From: Candidatus Thermofontivivens primus
GTDB lineage: Bacteria > Sysuimicrobiota > Sysuimicrobiia > Sysuimicrobiales > Thermofontiviventaceae
Reading direction: 5' to 3'
Assembly: GCA_031458695.1 (NCBI GenBank)
Contig: JAVKJW010000021.1
Coordinates: 1 to 38,334 of the forward strand
DNA length: 38,334 nucleotides
Within the stretch, counting starts at the first letter, position 1; every line of letters starts with the position of its first letter. Shown here in pieces: positions 1-8,182 of this stretch. Both the position numbers and the translations under genes were made by a program. Below the pieces are notes generated by a model. That model worked only from the letters and a program-made list of their open reading frames with translations. It was not told the DNA's origin and made no database searches.

Positions 1-119
1 AGACCGCTCTGCCGGACGAAGGCGGCCGCAATCCTGAGGTCGTCTGACCCGGCAACCAGCGTTTCCAGCGCGGACCGGGTAGCCTCGGCTGTGGGCAAAA
101 CCCGGACGTCGATCGACAT
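1..119 (-). CDS. 5' part of a gene running off the window; possible phospholipase-D-like nuclease domain protein
   Basis: Manual translation from ATG at 119: MSIDVRVLPTAEATRSALETLVAGSDDLRIAAAFVRQSG, open to the edge. 'IAAAFVRQSG' resembles the N-terminal (I/V)AVAF..SG motif of PLD domains in restriction/helicase proteins. Confidence 0.4.
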   Translation of the reverse strand, partial: MSIDVRVLPTAEATRSALETLVAGSDDLRIAAAFVRQSG

Positions 120-170
120 CTCTGATCGCCTGTTGAACAGAAGTATTCTGCGGTGAGACCATAATCCCTT

Positions 171-413
171 GTGCCGGGCGGTCACGGTCCCATCCACGTT
201 CCCGCCGCGGACTGGGAGGCTATTGTCACGGCGGCGATTCTGGGATCGCAGTTGAGTCGTTGCACTGAGAGGGTCAATGCTTTGCTGTATGAGAGCGATC
301 TAGGCGTAGTGTTCGAGACCATGGTGCCCGGGCGCCTGGAGGACTATGTCGCAAAGTTCGGGGAAGGAATCTGGGAACTGTTCCCTCGAATGAGTGTGAC
401 GTTCTTAGCCTGA
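171..413 (+). other. short ORF, possibly a gene remnant or spurious
   Basis: 80-aa ORF with GTG start, no clear RBS, no recognisable motif; C-terminal half looks protein-like. Confidence 0.2.
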
Positions 414-582
414 TTCGTTCTCCATAACAGCATCGCATTCCGTGGCAGAGGAGATTGTGAGATCGTGGAAGAAGGAAGGGAGTATGGGTGACTGATCCTC
501 TGGGCGACTTGGGAGGAACTGGGCGTACGAGGAGCGGCTCCTTTGTACCCACTCTACGAAACTTCCATGTCAGGAGGTAAAT

Positions 583-1065
583 ATGAGCGCACTCCAACAA
601 GCATTTGAAACTGTTGATCGCCAGATCACTGCGTGGATGGCCCGTCACGGGATTGGAGTGCTGCGCGTAAGTCTGGGCATCGTATTCTTCTGGTTTGGTT
701 TCCTCAAGTTCTTTCGTGGACTTAGCCCCGCGCAGGATCTAGCGACTCGAACCATCTCTGTCCTCACGTTCGGTCGGCTCTCTCCTGATGTTTCGATCCT
801 GATCCTCGCTGCTTGGGAATGCCTGATTGGCCTAGGTCTGCTTTTGGGCATTTTCATGCGGGCGACCTTGCTGCTCCTTTGGTTGCAGATGCTGGGGACA
901 ATCACACCGTTGTTCCTCTTCTCAAGTGAAGTGTTCACGAGAATCCCGTATGCCCCTACGCTTGAGGGCCAGTACATCATCAAGAACATTGTCCTGATAA
1001 GCGCAGGGATCGTCCTCGGCGCCACCGTAAGAGGAGGAAAGCTCACCAGCGGACACGCAACTTAA
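583..1065 (+). CDS. DoxX/YkgB-like membrane protein
   Basis: AGGAGG RBS; LRVSLGIVFFWFGFLKFF and EGQYIIKN motifs; about 4 hydrophobic segments. Confidence 0.85.
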   Translation: MSALQQAFETVDRQITAWMARHGIGVLRVSLGIVFFWFGFLKFFRGLSPAQDLATRTISVLTFGRLSPDVSILILAAWECLIGLGLLLGIFMRATLLLLWLQMLGTITPLFLFSSEVFTRIPYAPTLEGQYIIKNIVLISAGIVLGATVRGGKLTSGHAT

Positions 1066-1128
1066 CTGCACACCCAAATATCGGGATGTGGATTGCCAAC
1101 TTGACAGGAAAACAGAAAAACACTAAAT

Positions 1129-1407
1129 GTGCGTACTACGATAGACCTTCCCGACGACCTGTATCGTACTCTCAAGGCTCGCGCGGCGTTGAGCGGCGTA
1201 ACGATGCGCGAGCTCATTCGGCGATTCATCGAGCAAGGACTCCGTCAACCTGTAGTGGCGGACCGGTCCGCACCGGGACGACGTGAGCCTCCGCCCGTGA
1301 TCATCCCCCCGCGCGGGGTTCCCATCCCGGCCCTATCGCGCAAGGAGCTGCGGCGCATCGAGGAGGAGGAAGACGAAAAGGCGCATGCCCGACCTTCTCG
1401 ACGCTAG
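1129..1407 (+). CDS. vapB: antitoxin, ribbon-helix-helix/CopG-like (VapB type)
   Basis: MRTTIDLPDDLYRTLKARAA..G.TMRELI N-terminus; overlaps the downstream PIN gene. Confidence 0.8.
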   Translation: MRTTIDLPDDLYRTLKARAALSGVTMRELIRRFIEQGLRQPVVADRSAPGRREPPPVIIPPRGVPIPALSRKELRRIEEEEDEKAHARPSRR

Positions 1408-1813
1408 CGTGTGGGTTGCACTCAGCGCGCCAGACCACGTCCACTACTCCCGCGCACGCCGGTACTGGGATGAGGAGGCAGCGGACGAGCTTGCCTTTTG
1501 CCGCGTCACGGCTCTCGCGTTGTTGCGTCACCTCACGAACCCTCGGATCCTGGGGTCGGCCGCGCTCGATGGCGCCGCCGCATGGCGGGCGCTGGAGACC
1601 TGGCTTGCCATGCCGCGCACAATCTGGCTCGGGGAACCGCCGGGCCTGGATGATCTGCTCAGGCGCTGGAGCGGCGAACTCGACCTTCGAGCAGGCCACT
1701 GGACCGAGGCCTACCTCGCCGCGTTCGCTCTGGCGAGCGGATGCCGGCTCGTCGCCTTCGACGATGATTTCCGTCGCTACCCCGGCGTCGAGTTCCTTCA
1801 CCTGAAACTCTGA
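1385..1813 (+). CDS. vapC: VapC/PIN-domain ribonuclease toxin
   Basis: LLDASVWVAL, H.H..A, LRHLTNPR, EAYLAAFA, LVAFDDDFRRYPG: mycobacterial-type PIN signature. Confidence 0.88.
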   Translation: MPDLLDASVWVALSAPDHVHYSRARRYWDEEAADELAFCRVTALALLRHLTNPRILGSAALDGAAAWRALETWLAMPRTIWLGEPPGLDDLLRRWSGELDLRAGHWTEAYLAAFALASGCRLVAFDDDFRRYPGVEFLHLKL

Positions 1814-1885
1814 CTCTCGCAGACTCCCACGGGGCGTCCCGGGCGCAGTTGCGCGTACGGTCAGGCGCATCCTGCCCAAGCAACA

Positions 1886-2554
1886 CTACCTGCCCGACGG
1901 GATTCCTCTGACGGCCTTCCACGCGGAGAAGCCGGCGTCGGGGTGATCCTCCGGCCAGACGGGTTCCGGTGCCACCACATCGCTGGGAGGCTGGCGTAGA
2001 GTAGATGAGAACTGGATGGGCAGGAGCCCGGCGCGAAGGAGCAAAGCGCGAAGCTCTGTTCGCGTAATGAATCGAGCTGCGCTGTAAAAGGGGTGCCCGG
2101 CGGTGCCCAGTTTGAGATAGTGCTGCCCCCAGGGTGAGTCGGCGAACACCATCCCTGTCACCACCGCTCCGTCAGCACGAAGGACGCGGCGGGCCTCACA
2201 GAGCACGGTCAGCGGATCGTCCACAAAGCACAGGGTCACCACCAGCAGGACAGCACCGAAAACCTCGTCGCGGAAGGGGAGGTGCTCGCCTGTCGCACAG
2301 ATCACTGTGATCCCACGCCTTCGGGCGATGCGCAGGGGCCGGATGGCTGGATCGATCCCGAACTCGACCCCTAGCGCCGAGGCGAAGCGGCCGGTACCGA
2401 CGCCGACTTCCAGCCAAGGTCGGGGGAGGCCTTCCAGGAGGGAGCGCAGGCAGGCAACCTCCAACGGGAATATCGTGCTCCCGGGAGGCTGGTCGTACCA
2501 AGCATCGTAGCGATCGGCGAGACGCTGGAAGAGTTCGGCAGACTTTCCTGGCAT
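1886..2554 (-). CDS. class I SAM-dependent methyltransferase
   Basis: YDAWY, LEVGVGTGRF motif I, GIDP, LPF, LCFVDDP; start moved to ATG 2554 (track starts at 2614). Confidence 0.88.
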   Translation of the reverse strand: MPGKSAELFQRLADRYDAWYDQPPGSTIFPLEVACLRSLLEGLPRPWLEVGVGTGRFASALGVEFGIDPAIRPLRIARRRGITVICATGEHLPFRDEVFGAVLLVVTLCFVDDPLTVLCEARRVLRADGAVVTGMVFADSPWGQHYLKLGTAGHPFYSAARFITRTELRALLLRAGLLPIQFSSTLRQPPSDVVAPEPVWPEDHPDAGFSAWKAVRGIPSGR

Positions 2555-2725
2555 GGTATCGGGAGATTTCGCCCAGCGAAAGCGAATCCCTCTGTGGTGA
2601 TTTGGAGGGGTCAACCTCGTTCCTCCGTCTTTTCTCGTGGAGGCCGCCCACCCGAAGCAGGAGAAGGCCCTCCATACGCCTGCGTCGGGAAGTGGAAAGA
2701 TGGCATGGAACTGGCGCTGAGTTCA

Positions 2726-2754
2726 TTGACAATCCCCCTGGGGGGTACTAGATT
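2726..2754 (+). promoter_or_regulatory. sigma70-type promoter for speD
   Basis: TTGACA (2726-2731), 17 nt, TAGATT (2749-2754). Confidence 0.65.
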
Positions 2755-2759
2755 ATAAG

Positions 2760-2838
2760 CTGTGATTTGGGCCGTCCGGGGAGAGCCTGTTCCTGTGCGG
2801 AGCCAATCGGGAAAGGAACACTATTGCTCCAGTCACAG
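2760..2838 (+). ncRNA. candidate structured 5' leader RNA of speD (unknown class)
   Basis: CTGTGA 2760-2765 pairs with TCACAG 2833-2838, extendable to about 12 bp; TGTTCCT 2788-2794 pairs with AGGAACA 2814-2820; begins at the predicted +1. Confidence 0.4.
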
Positions 2839-2868
2839 AAGAAAAAACACACGGGGGGAGGTGGGAAC

Positions 2869-3330
2869 GTGGACACCATCGGGCACCACTACATTGTTGA
2901 GGCCTCGGGCTGCAACCCAGAGGTCATCAGCAAGGTAGAGGAAGTTGAGCAGATCATGGTCCGTGCCGCGGAGGCGGCCAGGGTCCAGGTGTGGTCCATT
3001 GCCTTCCACCGGTTCTCCCCGACAGGTGTGAGCGGGGTGGTGGTGATCTCTGAGTCCCATCTTTCCGTGCACACTTGGCCGGAGTTCGGCTATGTTGCCC
3101 TCGACATCTACACCTGTGGGCAGTCGGCAAAGCCGGAGGCAGCTGTAGAAGTGGCCCTGCGGGCATTCCAAGCGAAGAGCGTCCACATTACCGAGGTCAC
3201 CCGCGGCATTGAGGAGGGGGACCGGATCTTCTACCACAGCATCGTCACCTGGGAGGAGGATCTCCCGGGTCGCAGCAACGGCACGCAGGGGCGCAGCCAG
3301 CGAAAGAAGGACAAAGTACGGAAGGCATGA
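2869..3330 (+). CDS. speD: S-adenosylmethionine decarboxylase proenzyme (pyruvoyl-dependent, SpeH type)
   Basis: GVSGVVVISESHLSVHTWPE cleavage motif, DIYTCG; GTG start 2869 after GGAGG. Confidence 0.92.
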   Translation: MDTIGHHYIVEASGCNPEVISKVEEVEQIMVRAAEAARVQVWSIAFHRFSPTGVSGVVVISESHLSVHTWPEFGYVALDIYTCGQSAKPEAAVEVALRAFQAKSVHITEVTRGIEEGDRIFYHSIVTWEEDLPGRSNGTQGRSQRKKDKVRKA

Positions 3331-3345
3331 CATCTTAGCGGAAGA

Positions 3346-4476
3346 ATGACGATAGCGCACCAGCTGGGTTTCCTGGCTCTCCTCAGCGTTCTTACGCTTT
3401 CTGTGACCTTTCCCGTTCTACCCCTCTACCTGGAGCAACTCGGATACACCACTGCGGAGGTCGGGCTCATCGTCGGAATCATGAACTTGAGCTTGGCCGC
3501 GAGCGAGCTAGCGGGTGGGTACATCAGTGATCGCATTGGTCGCAAAGCGGCGCTCCTGTGGGGATACCTTGGAAGCGCCCTGTCCATGCTCTGGTTTGCG
3601 CTCAGCCGCGGGTCTGTCGGGATCTATTCATCGCGCATCCTTCAGGGGATCTTTCGCGGGCTCATTTGGCCCCCTCTGTTCGCAGAAGTGGCCGATGCTG
3701 CTCCTAGCGATGCCCACGGGCGAACCTTTGGCCTCTTCTGGTTCTACTTCAGCATTGGGATCCTCATCGGCCCCCTCGTAGGTGGGGCGATCGCTGATCG
3801 CTACGGGCTTGTGATTCCTTTCTTCCTAGGAGCAGGGTTGTCTGTGGTGGCCCTTCCAATCCTTCAGCGTGTACGCGAAGGAGGAAAGCTCCCAGAAACC
3901 TCTCGTTCCAACCTCCTGGCTCTCTCTGGGGAGGCGCCCGGTGTGTATCTCCTTTCTGGAGCCAACTTGGTGCACACTTTGATCACGGCGGTATGGAGCA
4001 CCTACATTCCCCTGCATGCGGCACGCCAAGGCCTCAGTCCAGGGGAGATCGGCATCCTGTTTACGCTCCAAGGGCTGGCGTTCAGCTTTATTCAGGTACC
4101 TGCGGGAAGGCTCGCGGACCGTTCTTCGCTGCGGTTCCTCGCCGGGCTGGGGATTCTTACACGGGCGGGCCTTGTCGCTGCAACCCCTCTGGCGACGGAT
4201 TTCCCCTCCCTCAGCGTGGTGAGCCTTCTGAATGGGATCGCCGGAGGATTCGTGCCGCTCACCATTTCGACCTGGGTCGCGCGGATCGTCCCTCCGCGCT
4301 GGGCCGTCACGGCGATGGGTGTGTACAACGCCTCGGTAGATGCAGGGTTCTTCTTTGGACCTGTGTTGGGTGGTCTTGTTGCTGTGGCGACCTCACTCTC
4401 CTCCGCCTTCGCCCTCTGCGCGGTTGTTGGGCTCGCCGGACTGGCTCTCCTCACCCGCACACAGGACCCGTTGTGA
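3346..4476 (+). CDS. MFS transporter (DHA1-like)
   Basis: About 12 TM segments; GYISDRIGRK motif A; GPLVGG and GPVLGG. Confidence 0.9.
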   Translation: MTIAHQLGFLALLSVLTLSVTFPVLPLYLEQLGYTTAEVGLIVGIMNLSLAASELAGGYISDRIGRKAALLWGYLGSALSMLWFALSRGSVGIYSSRILQGIFRGLIWPPLFAEVADAAPSDAHGRTFGLFWFYFSIGILIGPLVGGAIADRYGLVIPFFLGAGLSVVALPILQRVREGGKLPETSRSNLLALSGEAPGVYLLSGANLVHTLITAVWSTYIPLHAARQGLSPGEIGILFTLQGLAFSFIQVPAGRLADRSSLRFLAGLGILTRAGLVAATPLATDFPSLSVVSLLNGIAGGFVPLTISTWVARIVPPRWAVTAMGVYNASVDAGFFFGPVLGGLVAVATSLSSAFALCAVVGLAGLALLTRTQDPL

Positions 4477-4499
4477 GCCTCTGTGGAAAACGGGGCTAC

Positions 4500-4736
4500 C
4501 TATACGTGTGTCACGACGCAAGTTGTTGTTCTTGTGACCCCTGGAGCTTGCTGAACCTTCCCCACTACGAACCGGCCGAGATGGTCCATGTCCTGGGCCT
4601 CGACGAACGCAATGACATCTGTCGGGCCCGTGACCGCGTGGGCCATCTTCACTTCCGGGTTCTCCTGGAGGGCTTTGAGTGTCTCGCTGACCTTCCCCGG
4701 GACTACCCGGATAAGGATGTAGGCCTGGATTGCCAT
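4500..4736 (-). CDS. Lrp/AsnC ligand-binding-domain-only protein
   Basis: AYILIRV.PG, AHAVTGPTDVIA, GV.RT.T; GGAGG before ATG 4736. Confidence 0.85.
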   Translation of the reverse strand: MAIQAYILIRVVPGKVSETLKALQENPEVKMAHAVTGPTDVIAFVEAQDMDHLGRFVVGKVQQAPGVTRTTTCVVTHV

Positions 4737-4748
4737 TACCAACCTCCA

Positions 4749-5012
4749 TCACAGGATTTGGTGGATCAGTCCGATCAGAGCGTTTCGAACCAGCTCAAGG
4801 AGCAGGAGCGCGACCAATGGGGAGAGGTCCAAGCCTGCAACGGGCGGGAGGACCCGCCGGATGGGATCCAGGATCGGGGAGGTGACCCGGAAGACTGCAC
4901 TCACTACTGGATGAGAGGGATTGAGTCCCGGGATCCAGCTCATGATCACCCGCAGGAGAATGAGCAGGAAGAGCACCCGGAACACGAAGTTGACGAAGTC
5001 GACGAGCTCCAT
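4749..5012 (-). CDS. yggT: YggT family membrane protein
   Basis: RVIMSW, VT.PIL.PIRR..P, GLDLSPLVA. Confidence 0.9.
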   Translation of the reverse strand: MELVDFVNFVFRVLFLLILLRVIMSWIPGLNPSHPVVSAVFRVTSPILDPIRRVLPPVAGLDLSPLVALLLLELVRNALIGLIHQIL

Positions 5013-5093
5013 GTCAAAGACCTCTAGGTCCGCACAGGGTGCGGTGCATCAACCACCGAGACCATTGTACTGACTTGTTGTGCGCTCGACAAG

Positions 5094-5127
5094 ACGACGG
5101 GCTCCAGATCCATCTGGAGCCCGTCGT
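5094..5127 (-). terminator. hairpin, likely terminator of the csp gene
   Basis: ACGACGGGCTCCAGAT-CC-ATCTGGAGCCCGTCGT perfect 16-bp inverted repeat about 75 nt past the csp stop; weak U-tract. Confidence 0.6.
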
Positions 5128-5201
5128 TGCAGGTGAAGATCACGTCTTTGTGCGTGAGTAAGTTCCTTGGCAATAGACTGCTTGATCTTTGCCGAGGTTC
5201 C

Positions 5202-5402
5202 TTAGCGAACTACGACGTTGGTCGCCTGCGGACCCTTCCGGCCAGGGACGATTTCAAACTCGACCTGCTGGCCTTCGGAAAGGGTGCGAAATCCGTTCAT
5301 CTGAATCGCCGAGTAGTGGACGAACACGTCCTGGCCATCCTCGGTGGAGATGAACCCGTACCCTTTCTCAGGGTTGAACCACTTTACTGTGCCCTTTGCC
5401 AT
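5202..5402 (-). CDS. cspA: cold-shock protein
   Basis: [22 protein letters not shown]. Confidence 0.97.
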   Translation of the reverse strand: MAKGTVKWFNPEKGYGFISTEDGQDVFVHYSAIQMNGFRTLSEGQQVEFEIVPGRKGPQATNVVVR

Positions 5403-5471
5403 TGCCTTGCTCCCTTCTTTCTGGTGTACAGATAATGCCTGGTCTGCTGCCCTGCCTTACCTGTCCCCGCA

Positions 5472-5500
5472 AGCATAACACACGCAGGGGAGGAAGTCAA
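5472..5500 (-). promoter_or_regulatory. sigma70 promoter of csp with extended -10
   Basis: minus strand TTGACT, 17 nt ending TGT, TATGCT. Confidence 0.65.
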
Positions 5501-5593
5501 ATTTTTTGGGCTCCTCTCTGCGTGCTCGTCTGGATACGGGCGCGGCAGGGAACTCTCTGGGGAATGGAGGTTTTACGGTGTTCGCGCACCTCC

Positions 5594-6673
5594 TCAGGAC
5601 ATGGGGACTTGGCGGATGATCCGTCCCTCGATGCGCTCGAAGATGTCCTGGAGGTTCGGCCCGGTGATGGTTAAGCCGTGGTTGCGAAGCCCCACGACTG
5701 CCCGGCTGGGATCATCGGAGCGGCGCACGAGCTCAGCCACGGCCTTGGCCAGCTCGAGGGTCCCACAAGGATAGTTGACCTCCGTGGAAGGGACGCCCTC
5801 CATCCAAGCGTGGACGTGAACGATGGCGCCAACCTGGGGGTGTTCCGTGTAGATCATCCAGTGCTCGATGGCGTCCACAGAGACGCGCCGGGGTTTGATA
5901 TTCGGTGGGACGCTGAGGAGGATGACGTTGCGCTGGGGGTCATAGCCCTTCACCAGAAGGATATCCTGGCCCACTACCCGCAAGTTTGCTTTGTTGACGC
6001 CGCTTGCGCTCATCCAGAACCGGGTGCGGTCTTTCCGGGCGCTGAGGTTCCCGTAGCTGAGGCCGCCGATACCATAGAGACGCTCGACGTGGCGGAGGTC
6101 CCGTGGCGAGAGAAGCTCATGGATCGGGAATGGGGCAGGAAGGAGGTTCAGGGCGTCCAGGCGCTTTCCTGCTTCATAGATCTGCTGGGTGATCTCGTCC
6201 CCTTCCCACAACTCTTCCTCGAGGTCTGGATGGAACTCGTTATTGATTACGAGGCAGGAAGTCGCCAAGGGGGCGAGCCTCCTGTAGACATGAGAGAAGT
6301 ACTTGGTCTCCTCCTCAAACGGGACGGGGTAGTATCCCTGCTCCAGAGTCACAAAATAGGTATGAACTTGATCTCCAGCGCGCACGAGGTAGATCAGCAC
6401 GTTGGAGAGCGTCCGGACGAGCAGGGGGTACGTGGTCTTCAGGACGTCCTGGGGAATCTCCTCCCCTTCGATGACAGAGGCAACGAAGGTCCCCTGGGCC
6501 TTCCGCCTATAGGGTCTTGGATTGTGTGCATCCGCCAGGTTGATGGCCAGCTTGATCTCCGGTGTGCCAGGTTCTGCGTAGCTGTAGCCATGTTCCCTCA
6601 GCACTCTCTCCAGTCCTCTTGCGAACCACTGGAGGAGCGGGCTTCTGGCAGATCCCGTGACTGTGTACAGCAT
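5594..6673 (-). CDS. class II aldolase/adducin-family protein with long N-terminal domain
   Basis: GNLSAR, MSASG, EH..IY, IVHVH, LRNHG (Zn triad) in the C-terminal half. Confidence 0.8.
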   Translation of the reverse strand: MLYTVTGSARSPLLQWFARGLERVLREHGYSYAEPGTPEIKLAINLADAHNPRPYRRKAQGTFVASVIEGEEIPQDVLKTTYPLLVRTLSNVLIYLVRAGDQVHTYFVTLEQGYYPVPFEEETKYFSHVYRRLAPLATSCLVINNEFHPDLEEELWEGDEITQQIYEAGKRLDALNLLPAPFPIHELLSPRDLRHVERLYGIGGLSYGNLSARKDRTRFWMSASGVNKANLRVVGQDILLVKGYDPQRNVILLSVPPNIKPRRVSVDAIEHWMIYTEHPQVGAIVHVHAWMEGVPSTEVNYPCGTLELAKAVAELVRRSDDPSRAVVGLRNHGLTITGPNLQDIFERIEGRIIRQVPMS

Positions 6674-6786
6674 ACTCCCTTCCCTCTCTCAAGCTTTTGC
6701 GATATACTTACAGCCTTCTATGAGAAATTCCTCCTCCTGTAAAAGAGCCGGCCCCTTCTCGGTCTGTAACCTTCCGTTCCTATGCA

Positions 6787-6812
6787 GAGGGGCGCACTGG
6801 TGTGCGCCCCTC
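6787..6812. repeat. REP-like palindrome
   Basis: GAGGGGCGCAC-TGGT-GTGCGCCCCTC, perfect 11-bp stem. Confidence 0.5.
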
Positions 6813-6840
6813 GCGATCAGTGACGTGCGGCCCTCTTCCT

Positions 6841-7227
6841 TTACGGGGCGATGCTGAAAGGCCAGTTGGGGATGAAGGTCACCAGAAGCGCCGCTGCTGC
6901 GAGAGCCAGGTTCTTGAGGAAGTGGGCCATCTGGTTGCCTTGGCTCATAGGGTCCTTCTCCGTCCAGAAGTTATGCATGATGAAAGCGGTGGGGACAAGG
7001 AAGATGATGAGCAACCAAGCGCCGATGGTGACCTTGTACCCAAGGAGGATAGAGAGCCCACCGGCGAGGAGCATGAGGCCCGTGATGGCAACCGCGGCCT
7101 TGGGCGCAGGAACCCCTTTATAGCTTGCATACTGGCTCATCGCGTCAAGGCGCATGAAGTGGAAGAGGCCGTTGAGAATGAAAAATGCACCGAGGATGAT
7201 CCGGCCAATGAGGAAGAGGACATCCAT
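6841..7227 (-). CDS. DoxX family membrane protein
   Basis: GRIILG.FF..G..HF; H.FW; HFLKNLAL. Confidence 0.9.
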   Translation of the reverse strand: MDVLFLIGRIILGAFFILNGLFHFMRLDAMSQYASYKGVPAPKAAVAITGLMLLAGGLSILLGYKVTIGAWLLIIFLVPTAFIMHNFWTEKDPMSQGNQMAHFLKNLALAAAALLVTFIPNWPFSIAP

Positions 7228-7283
7228 ACACGGTCACCTCCTGGACGTTTCGTTGTTGGCTTCCGTTAGAGAAGCTCCTTGCA

Positions 7284-7313
7284 AATATATAGTAAAACGC
7301 TTCCTATTGTCAA
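7284..7313 (-). promoter_or_regulatory. promoter of doxX with an embedded candidate operator
   Basis: minus TTGACA, 18 nt, TATATT; overlaps imperfect IR ATAGTAA-N5-TTCCTAT (7289-7307). Confidence 0.5.
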
Positions 7314-7352
7314 GCCCCTTCTTTTTTGTTAGAATCCGAATGGTGATCTCAG

Positions 7353-7685
7353 GTGGAGACACAAGAGAAAGAACAAATATGCCCGCGCTTCCACCGGGCG
7401 ATCGAACTCGTGGGGAAGCGGTGGACGGGAGCGATCATCCGGGTCCTTATGAATGGGCCCCGGCGGTTCACGGAGATCCTGGAGGCGATCCCGGGGCTTC
7501 ACGATAGGCTTCTTTCCGAGCGCCTAAAGGAGTTGGAGGCCGCGGGGATCGTGCAACGAATTGTATACCCGGAGACCCCTGTCCGCATCGAGTATACGCT
7601 CACAGAAATGGGGAAAGATCTCGAGAGAGTCGTCAACGAAGTCCAGCGATGGGCCAACCGCTGGTTTCCACCCCCGCCTTCCTGA
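7353..7685 (+). CDS. HxlR/YodB-family winged-helix regulator
   Basis: CP.F..AIELVGKRW, RRF.EI, LSERLKELE..GIV.R, P.RIEY.LT. Confidence 0.92.
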   Translation: METQEKEQICPRFHRAIELVGKRWTGAIIRVLMNGPRRFTEILEAIPGLHDRLLSERLKELEAAGIVQRIVYPETPVRIEYTLTEMGKDLERVVNEVQRWANRWFPPPPS

Positions 7686-7805
7686 CTTCCCTATAGATCG
7701 CCCTCTTTGACACGAATTGGCTACCTACTAGGGTCTTTAGCCGAATCCAAAGATCAGGCCTAGACCTGATAGAACGACCCCTGACGGGAGGCTAGAATAA
7801 AAAAC

Positions 7806-7896
7806 GCAGGGCGTCGGGCTGTCCAGTCAAACAATGAGGCCGTGGTTCCACCCCCCTGCCGCATGCGTGCCGCTGGACAAAGCCCGACGCCCTTGC
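7806..7896. repeat. imperfect inverted repeat with about 46-nt loop, followed by a U-tract on the minus strand
   Basis: AGGGCGTCGGGCT 7808-7820 / AGCCCGACGCCCT 7881-7893, plus GTCCAG / CTGGAC; A6 at 7799-7804. Confidence 0.65.
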
Positions 7897-7902
7897 TATA
7901 GT
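7874..7902 (+). promoter_or_regulatory. sigma70 promoter with extended -10
   Basis: TGGACA, 17 nt ending TGC, TATAGT; ATG at 7913. Confidence 0.55.
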
Positions 7903-7912
7903 GACCGTGAAC

Positions 7913-8158
7913 ATGTGGCGGCTTGCCCGTTTCTTCCCCCCGATCCATCAGGTAAAGGCGTGGGCGAGATTCCCCAAGTATGTACGCTGGCGGCTCGCGC
8001 TCTACGGTTTCACCTTCCCCGGTGGACGCCTCTCCTTGCGCAAGATCCTCTCCAAAAGGTTCCTCCGGGCGGTGTGGGAGTACCATCGCTGGCTTGGGGA
8101 GATGGACCAACATCTTCGTTCCTCTTGGAGGGGGAGGGATACCGGTGGGGGGAGGTGA
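7913..8158 (+). CDS. small Arg/Trp-rich hypothetical protein, probably (near-)leaderless
   Basis: Fills the gap before the convergent VKOR gene; promoter just upstream; no SD. Confidence 0.55.
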   Translation: MWRLARFFPPIHQVKAWARFPKYVRWRLALYGFTFPGGRLSLRKILSKRFLRAVWEYHRWLGEMDQHLRSSWRGRDTGGGR

Positions 8159-8182
8159 CGCCCCTGCCTTGCTGGTTCCCTT

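Noticed and set aside
1101..1129. TTGACA-17-TAAATG promoter for vapB
   Set aside because: The putative -10 overlaps the GTG start, leaving no room for +1; the ACAG(G/A)AAA repeats may be an operator but are weak evidence.
2760..2790. SAM-II riboswitch (GTGATTTG.GCCG)
   Set aside because: No TTGC segment or 3' GCTAAA pseudoknot strand; kept only as an unclassified leader.
7731..7790. c-di-AMP riboswitch suggested by GCCGAATCC
   Set aside because: Lacks the GTACGG, GGAACC and CAGCTAAC elements; only small hairpins are present.
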